DNA from: Candidatus Latescibacterota bacterium
GTDB lineage: Bacteria > Latescibacterota > UBA2968 > UBA8231
Length of the DNA stretch: 64,000 nt
Assembly: GCA_965217585.1 (NCBI GenBank)
Contig: OZ244561.1
Location: forward strand, 2,944,001-3,008,000
Direction of reading: 5' to 3'
Below the pieces are notes generated by a model. The model worked only from the letters and a program-made list of their open reading frames with translations, had not been told where the DNA came from and searched no databases. Below are positions 58,636 through 64,000 of this stretch, one piece after another. Numbering within the stretch: the first letter of the stretch is position 1; every line of letters starts with the position of its first letter. The position numbers were made by a program, and so were the translations under genes.

Positions 58636-61600
58636 TCAAAATACCTTGTTCAACCAACGGGTAATAGCGCTCGGTTGCTGCCGCCCGCCACCGCGACCGC
58701 CGCGACCGCCGCGACCGCCGCGACCGCGCCAATTGCCGAAAGACCCCACATCTTCCTCGTAGGCGGCCTCTGGGTTGTCTGGGTCAATCCAGCGCCAGCG
58801 CACTGCATCGGCGTAGAGTTGGCCGCTGGCTTGGTCGGACAGCTCGACCCGCGCCCTTTCGCCTTCGGCAAAGTGAAATCGCCCCAGCAAATTCCAGCCG
58901 CCTTGCAGCGTCTCGCTCTTGAGCGCGAGAGTATCTACCACACCCCCATGCGCGACCGCGAGCGAAAACGATTCGGCCAAGCTCAACCCAAAGCGCCGAC
59001 TAAACCGCGACGGCACGAAATAGTACGCCACGTCGTAGAAGCCCGCCTTGGGCAGCGTGGTCGTCCACACCGCCGGCTGCGCCCCATCGCCGGGCGGCTT
59101 CCAGCGGAAATTGGTCTCGTAGCGGCCGAAGGCAAGAGGCAGCTCCTGCACCTGCCAGTTGTCGCCTCTAAGCCCGGGGCGCAGGTAGCGTTGCACCCGG
59201 CGGATCGGCATGGAAAAGCCCTCGTCGTCGTTGTCGACTACGATCTCCGAGAAAAAGTTTTCCTCGTCTTCTACGACTCGCACGTAGGATTTGGGATAGC
59301 CGGCAAAGACCTGCTCGGGGATGCTCAAGGCGGCGACAATCGGCCGCTGGTTTTTGGCCAAAAACGGCTCGACCATCACCCGGAACGGCCGTGCAAAAAG
59401 CACCATGGACACCTCGACCTCCTGCCCGCCTTCAATGGCAATCGCCTTTGCGGCTTGGTCCTCGCGCCCAAGGGCCTGCACCTCGACAAAGCCGCGGCCC
59501 GGCTCGCCGTTTTTGATCCGCACGATCACCTGGTACACCACTGCGCCCCAGCCGTCGTCCATCTTCTTGGCCGTCGCCCGGGTCAGGGTATAGCCCGGCA
59601 CGTGGGTTCCGTAGATCCAGTCGTGGACTAGCTGCTGCACGTCGATCTTCTGGCGGCCAACTTCCCCGTCGGGGACGACCGCATCCTCAAAATCGGCAAA
59701 GGAGACCTGCTGGTACTTGTTGTTCTCGTCAAAGGTGCCGACCGCTTCGATAAATTGGTCGGCCCCCAGCACCGACTTGACGACCCGGAAGATGGACAGG
59801 CTCTTGGCTTTGAGGATCGACCGGTAGAGGGCGGGTTCGGCGGCTTTGTCCATTTCCGCCAGCGAGTGCTGCTGCATCTCTACCACCAGCGTGTCCCAAG
59901 CCGGGCCGGTGTTAGCGGCGGGCCGGGGGGCACCGCCGGGGCCGCCGCCCCGAGAGCGCATCATGCTGCTGATCATCCGCGCCATTCCGCCGCTCATCCG
60001 GCCGCCCCAGCGGCTCGAAAACATCGCCATCCGCAAGTCGGCGCTGACGTCTTCCTGCATGTAGAGCGGCAACCCGCGCGCGACTAGGTCGGCGTGCTCG
60101 CCGCCGAAGCCGCGGTCAAAGGACCATAGCTGCACCAGTGGGCTGCGAAACAGGCCGCTACGCCCTCCTTCGGGACTCAAGAAATCCTGGAAGAGTGCCC
60201 CGACCAGCACGTCTTTTTTGGCTTGCGCCTCGTCTTGGTCGCCGCGCCGCCGCGCCATCCGCGCATCAAAGTCGCGCTGGAAGCGGTGGCCCATCAACAC
60301 GTCCTCCTCAATCATCAGCACCCCTGGCTGCACTAGGCCACCGCGCTCCTCCCAGCCCTCGTAGTACCACTGCACCAAGAAGGGCACCTCCACCAGCGAG
60401 AGCCTCGGGTACGAGTATTTCAGCCCCGTCTCCTGCTCCATCGCGTCGAAAAGCTGGTCGATGGTCTCTACTACTTTGTCGGGAGCGTCGGCGAAAAAGC
60501 GCACCGGGCGCAGGTGGGCCGGATGGACATAGAGGGCGAACTCGACCTCGCGGACCGTGGTCTTATAGACCTCGTAGCGGCCGGCGTGTAGAGAAAAAAG
60601 CGGCACCGGATAATCCACCTGCCACTGCGTGCGGACGCGCCCGCCTTGGTCCTCTTGGGCTATGGGTCGCCCCTGCGTGACCACCTCCAGCCCAGCGGGC
60701 ACCGACACCGCGATCTCTGCCGTGGCAAACGAAGGCGGCGGCGGCACTTGCGGGTGGTAGGCTACCCCGGCGATGGGATACCAGCCGCTGCGTGGGGGCA
60801 AAAAGACCGATTCGCCGCGGATCCAGGCCGTCAGGTCGCCCTTGATAAACGGCCACTTGTTCTTGTGCAGCCGCACCTCGTCGCGCAGCAGATCAAAGCC
60901 TTGGCGGTCGATGTCGCCGTCGTAGGCCAGCGTCAAGGTCTGCTCAGCCCCGGCGGCCAGCGGCGCGGCGACCCGGATCACGGCCGCACCCCGCTTCCAC
61001 CCCAACTCGTTGCCGGCCGCATCCTGCACCGACCGCAGCGTCAAGCCGGGGTTGAGCGCAAAAATCAGCGTATCCAGCGCGCCGTCGTGGTCGTTGTACA
61101 ATCGCAACTGGGCCTTGGCCGCCAGCGGCGCATCCTCGCCAGCCAACGCGACCTCCAGCCGGTAGTGCGCCACCTGCGGTACCGGCGCGTCTGCGTAGCG
61201 ATATTGCTCGGCGAGCAGGCGCTGGCGATAGGCTTGGTTGGCTTGGTCTTGGGCGTCGATGTGCTGATACAGCCCCACCGCCGCCAACAGCCCCACCCCG
61301 GCCATGCCCCGGCCGACCCAAGCCCATCCCAGCGACTGGGACAGGCGCGGATAGCGCTCTATCGACAGGCCAAAAAAGAACAGCCCGAGGGCTAAGTAAA
61401 AAAGCCGCTGGTCGATCACCCGCGATATATCGCCCAAGCCGATCATGTCCGAGTAGAAAAGCGGGGCGAAAAAGGCCCCAAAGTCCCACCAGCCGCCGTA
61501 GCCCTCGCCGAGGTAAAACAACACCGCGAGCGCGTAGGCCATAGTCAGCAGGGCGACAGCCGTCTGGTGCCGCAACACAGCGCCTAAAAAGAAGGTCAGG

Positions 61601-62094
61601 GCCGACATGTACAGCAGCGCCGGCAGGGTCATCACCAGCAGGTACAGCAGATAGGGCCGCAGCGTGAACGGCGCGTCGAGCAGGCTGATCTTGGCCGCTT
61701 GGACGGCCACCGTCAAAACCAGCACCGCCAAGCTCAAGGTCAGCAGTGCCCCGAGGACCCCGAGGTACTTGCCGATGACCAGTTCGGCGGTCGCTATCGG
61801 CCGCCCGGCGATCACCTCGTGGACCCCGGCCCGCTCGTCGGCGGCGCGGAAGTCGCCGACGATAAAGGCGATCACGACCGCCTGTACATAGCTATAGACG
61901 TAAAAGGGGACAAACGCCCCCATGCCCAGCGCCGAGCTGAACTCGATCCCCCGCGCTTCGAGCACGGCTAAGCCGACGCCAATCAGCAGCGGCAGCGCGA
62001 CCCCGATGCTGCCGAGGATGCGGAAGCGGGTGGTCCGCAAGAGCAGCATCCGCTCGTAGCGGGCCACGCCGAGGATGTTGTGGACGGCGCGCAT
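58636..62094 (-). CDS. ABC-2 permease fused to an M1-aminopeptidase-like domain (no HExxH) and a golvesin/Xly CBD-like C-terminal domain
   Basis: N-terminal TMs (ARYE, VIGKYLG); LNPGL, WYP and YPRLSLVEVP; C-terminal VVDNDD...GWNLLGRF...ADAVRW. Confidence 0.8.
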   Translation of the reverse strand: MRAVHNILGVARYERMLLLRTTRFRILGSIGVALPLLIGVGLAVLEARGIEFSSALGMGAFVPFYVYSYVQAVVIAFIVGDFRAADERAGVHEVIAGRPIATAELVIGKYLGVLGALLTLSLAVLVLTVAVQAAKISLLDAPFTLRPYLLYLLVMTLPALLYMSALTFFLGAVLRHQTAVALLTMAYALAVLFYLGEGYGGWWDFGAFFAPLFYSDMIGLGDISRVIDQRLFYLALGLFFFGLSIERYPRLSQSLGWAWVGRGMAGVGLLAAVGLYQHIDAQDQANQAYRQRLLAEQYRYADAPVPQVAHYRLEVALAGEDAPLAAKAQLRLYNDHDGALDTLIFALNPGLTLRSVQDAAGNELGWKRGAAVIRVAAPLAAGAEQTLTLAYDGDIDRQGFDLLRDEVRLHKNKWPFIKGDLTAWIRGESVFLPPRSGWYPIAGVAYHPQVPPPPSFATAEIAVSVPAGLEVVTQGRPIAQEDQGGRVRTQWQVDYPVPLFSLHAGRYEVYKTTVREVEFALYVHPAHLRPVRFFADAPDKVVETIDQLFDAMEQETGLKYSYPRLSLVEVPFLVQWYYEGWEERGGLVQPGVLMIEEDVLMGHRFQRDFDARMARRRGDQDEAQAKKDVLVGALFQDFLSPEGGRSGLFRSPLVQLWSFDRGFGGEHADLVARGLPLYMQEDVSADLRMAMFSSRWGGRMSGGMARMISSMMRSRGGGPGGAPRPAANTGPAWDTLVVEMQQHSLAEMDKAAEPALYRSILKAKSLSIFRVVKSVLGADQFIEAVGTFDENNKYQQVSFADFEDAVVPDGEVGRQKIDVQQLVHDWIYGTHVPGYTLTRATAKKMDDGWGAVVYQVIVRIKNGEPGRGFVEVQALGREDQAAKAIAIEGGQEVEVSMVLFARPFRVMVEPFLAKNQRPIVAALSIPEQVFAGYPKSYVRVVEDEENFFSEIVVDNDDEGFSMPIRRVQRYLRPGLRGDNWQVQELPLAFGRYETNFRWKPPGDGAQPAVWTTTLPKAGFYDVAYYFVPSRFSRRFGLSLAESFSLAVAHGGVVDTLALKSETLQGGWNLLGRFHFAEGERARVELSDQASGQLYADAVRWRWIDPDNPEAAYEEDVGSFGNWRGRGGRGGRGGRGGGRQQPSAITRWLNKVF

Positions 62095-62099
62095 GGCGT

Positions 62100-62972
62100 T
62101 TAGGCCGATCCCATAAAATAGATATAGGCGTCTTCGAGGCTGGGCGCGGTCGGCACGGCACCCGGCGGCGGTGCTGCGTCGCCGACGATCCTGAGCGCCA
62201 TGCCGACGCCGTCGGCGCTGATGTTGACCACGCTAAAGCGGCTGGCGATGGCCTCAAACCCGTCGTCGTCGGTCTGCAAAAGCCAGGTTTTGCCCTCGGC
62301 CTTGGCGACGAAGTCCGCGGGTGCGCCGTGGAAGCGCAGCCGTCCCTGATGCAATACGGCCAAGTCCTCGCAGGTGCTCGAAATATCGCCGACGATGTGG
62401 GTCGAGATGAGAATGGTGCGGCTGGCGCTCAGCCTCCCCAAAATGGCCCGGAAGCGGATCCGCTCCTCTGGGTCAAGCCCGACGGTCGGCTCATCGACGA
62501 TGATAAACTCAGGGTCGGCCAAAATCACCTGCGCGATGCCAAGCCGCCGCCGCATCCCCCCCGAAAAGGTGCCGGTCTTGCGCTCGCGCACCTCGTAGAG
62601 ACCCACGTCCTCCAAAGCTTGGGCGACCCTTTCGCGGCGCTGCCGCTGGCCGTGCAACCCGCCGAGCCGCCCCATGTAGTCGAGGAATTCCCAAGCCGAA
62701 AGCTGCGGGTACGCGCCGAAGTGCTGCGGCAAGTAGCCGAGCCGCCGCCGCACCTCGGCGCGGTCCTTTTGCAAGTCCCAGCCGTCGATCTCCACCGCGC
62801 CCGCGCTGGGCACCATCTGGGTGGAGAGAATTTTGATCAGCGTGGTCTTACCCGCGCCGTTGGGTCCTAAGAGACCAAACGTCCCGTGGCGGATCTCCAA
62901 GCTCAGGTCAGCAAGCGCCGGAACCTCGTTGCGGCCATAGGTCTTGCTCAGGTTTTGGATGCGTATTCTCAA
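62100..62972 (-). CDS. ABC transporter ATP-binding protein
   Basis: GPNGAGKTT, FSGGMRRR, IVDEPT, STH and PSLEDAY motifs; TTG overlaps the upstream stop. Confidence 0.93.
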   Translation of the reverse strand: MRIRIQNLSKTYGRNEVPALADLSLEIRHGTFGLLGPNGAGKTTLIKILSTQMVPSAGAVEIDGWDLQKDRAEVRRRLGYLPQHFGAYPQLSAWEFLDYMGRLGGLHGQRQRRERVAQALEDVGLYEVRERKTGTFSGGMRRRLGIAQVILADPEFIIVDEPTVGLDPEERIRFRAILGRLSASRTILISTHIVGDISSTCEDLAVLHQGRLRFHGAPADFVAKAEGKTWLLQTDDDGFEAIASRFSVVNISADGVGMALRIVGDAAPPPGAVPTAPSLEDAYIYFMGSA

Positions 62973-63430
62973 AAACCACCGCCACCACCGCCACCACCGC
63001 CGCGGGGACCGCCGCGGGGACCGCCGCGGCCGCCGAAGTTCCTGCGGCGCTCTTGCTGCTCTTGCATATGCGCTTTCAGTGCCTCGACCTGCTCTTTCTC
63101 CAAGACCTCAGTAAGCACCCCCATGATCTTGGTTTGTATCTCCATTTGCATCTCGCGCATGGTCTCGCGCATGGACCGGAAATCGACCTCGCCGCTGAAC
63201 ATCTTCGCCATTGCCTGCTGTCGCTTTGCGTAGAGCGGCTTGAGGCTGGTCCGCAGTGCGAGTACCTGCTCGTCGGTCACGTTGAATTTCTCCTCGAACG
63301 CCAGCAGACCGAAAATCTGGTCCGGCGACATACCGCCGCGACCACCGCCGCCCGGCTGCGCTTCAAGCGGCAAAACGCCCAACAGACCAATGCCCAAGGC
63401 CCAAAAGGCCGACTTGCGAATGCGTGTCAT
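62969..63430 (-). CDS. Spy/CpxP-like periplasmic helical protein with Gly/Arg-rich ends
   Basis: Start MTRIRKS at 63430, signal peptide; VTDEQ and VLEKEQ (LTxxQ-like), Met-rich helices and a GGRGGPRGG tail. Confidence 0.7.
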   Translation of the reverse strand: MTRIRKSAFWALGIGLLGVLPLEAQPGGGGRGGMSPDQIFGLLAFEEKFNVTDEQVLALRTSLKPLYAKRQQAMAKMFSGEVDFRSMRETMREMQMEIQTKIMGVLTEVLEKEQVEALKAHMQEQQERRRNFGGRGGPRGGPRGGGGGGGGGF

Positions 63431-63583
63431 ACAATCCTCCACGTAAAAGGTTGGGATGAAACTACAGACATTAGACACCCCGTCCCTCCGATCCATTCCC
63501 GCCTTTCGCCCGATAGTGGGTGCTGATGGATAAAGGGCCAGTAAGGCGGAGAACGCAAGAAGGCCCTCTTGCGCGGGACGGAT

Positions 63584-63712
63584 CTCCTCGGTTTTACGGG
63601 ACGGCGCACCGACCACTTGCTGTGCAACCCGGTCGAAATTCGGGTCGGGCGCGGCGACTTGTTGCTGTACGGGCCGCGGGAAGGAGGCGCTGGCGAAACT
63701 TTGGTGAGATGA
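63584..63712 (+). pseudogene. Third thiN remnant with an internal 240-bp in-frame deletion
   Basis: 63584-63612 is identical to 45298-45326. LLGFTGRRTDHLL is joined at CAA to NPVEIRVGRGDLLL (45579 onward). Confidence 0.85.
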
Positions 63713-63746
63713 GTAGGTTGTCTGCTGCATAGAAAGGAGAGCCACC

Positions 63747-64000
63747 ATGAAGACGCACACAGTAGCGATCATCGGCCTCGGGCGCATGGGCAGCACCATC
63801 GACGACGAAGGGCACGGCGACGTGCCCTATTCGGTCGCGGCCGCGACCAAGGCGAGCGAGCGGTTGGAACTCGTGGCCGGAGCGGACCTCCTGCCGGATA
63901 AGCGCGATGCCTTTCAAAGCCGCTGGGGAGCAGCCGTGTACGAAGACTTCCGCGACATGATCCGTCGCGAAGAGCCAGACCTCGTGGCCATCTGCACGGC
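63747..64000 (+). CDS. Gfo/Idh/MocA family oxidoreductase; runs off the right edge
   Basis: AAGGAG RBS; MKTHTVAIIGLGRMG...YEDFRDMIRREEPDLVAICT. Confidence 0.9.
   Translation, partial: MKTHTVAIIGLGRMGSTIDDEGHGDVPYSVAAATKASERLELVAGADLLPDKRDAFQSRWGAAVYEDFRDMIRREEPDLVAICT

Noticed and set aside
53326-61395. Long plus-strand ORFs (e.g. 53326-54420, 55075-55833, 58618-59631)
   Set aside because: Antisense shadows of well-supported GC-rich genes, with no recognisable motifs.
62969-63799. 276-aa ORF
   Set aside because: The N-terminal extension is antisense to the Gfo/Idh/MocA gene and the thiN remnant; the signal peptide starts at 63430.
1-64000. CRISPR array, rRNA or tRNA genes
   Set aside because: No regularly spaced repeat-spacer series or recognisable structural RNA other than the TPP riboswitch; the short tandem repeats lie inside CDSs.

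Overview
GC-rich bacterial window. The gene content (many PhyH-family dioxygenases, a DUF6785-type membrane protein, several secreted proteins with FlgD/T9SS-like C-terminal tails, a Fn3/cadherin-like lipoprotein) resembles Latescibacterota/FCB-type, possibly sponge-associated genomes; this is an inference. Left to right: (1) PPIase / FlgD-tail protein / large OM protein operon, (2) RHH-MNT-HEPN toxin-antitoxin module, (3) catabolic genes with an inserted DUF4258-YgiT TA pair, (4) DUF2089 operon, CotH kinase, IS256 remnant and a MITE, (5) a ~10 kb defence/TA island between mgtE and surE (PARIS-like AriA/AriB, AbiEi-like, BrnTA, two HigA copies, a vWA/VIT pair), (6) TPP riboswitch - TonB receptor - thiN, and (7) a ~16.5 kb nine-gene operon. 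The best candidate for an undescribed system is (7): two RND subunits, one fused to a membrane-interrupted ABC ATPase, plus a second ATPase, two ABC-2 permeases (one fused to a catalytically dead M1-like domain), an MFP, TolC and a Spy-like protein. Other highlights are three PhyH paralogues with an H-x-G (halogenase-like) motif, cassettes flanked by duplicated gene 3' ends, and antitoxins retained beside truncated toxins. No rRNA, tRNA or CRISPR array was seen. Family names come from motif recognition, not database searches.
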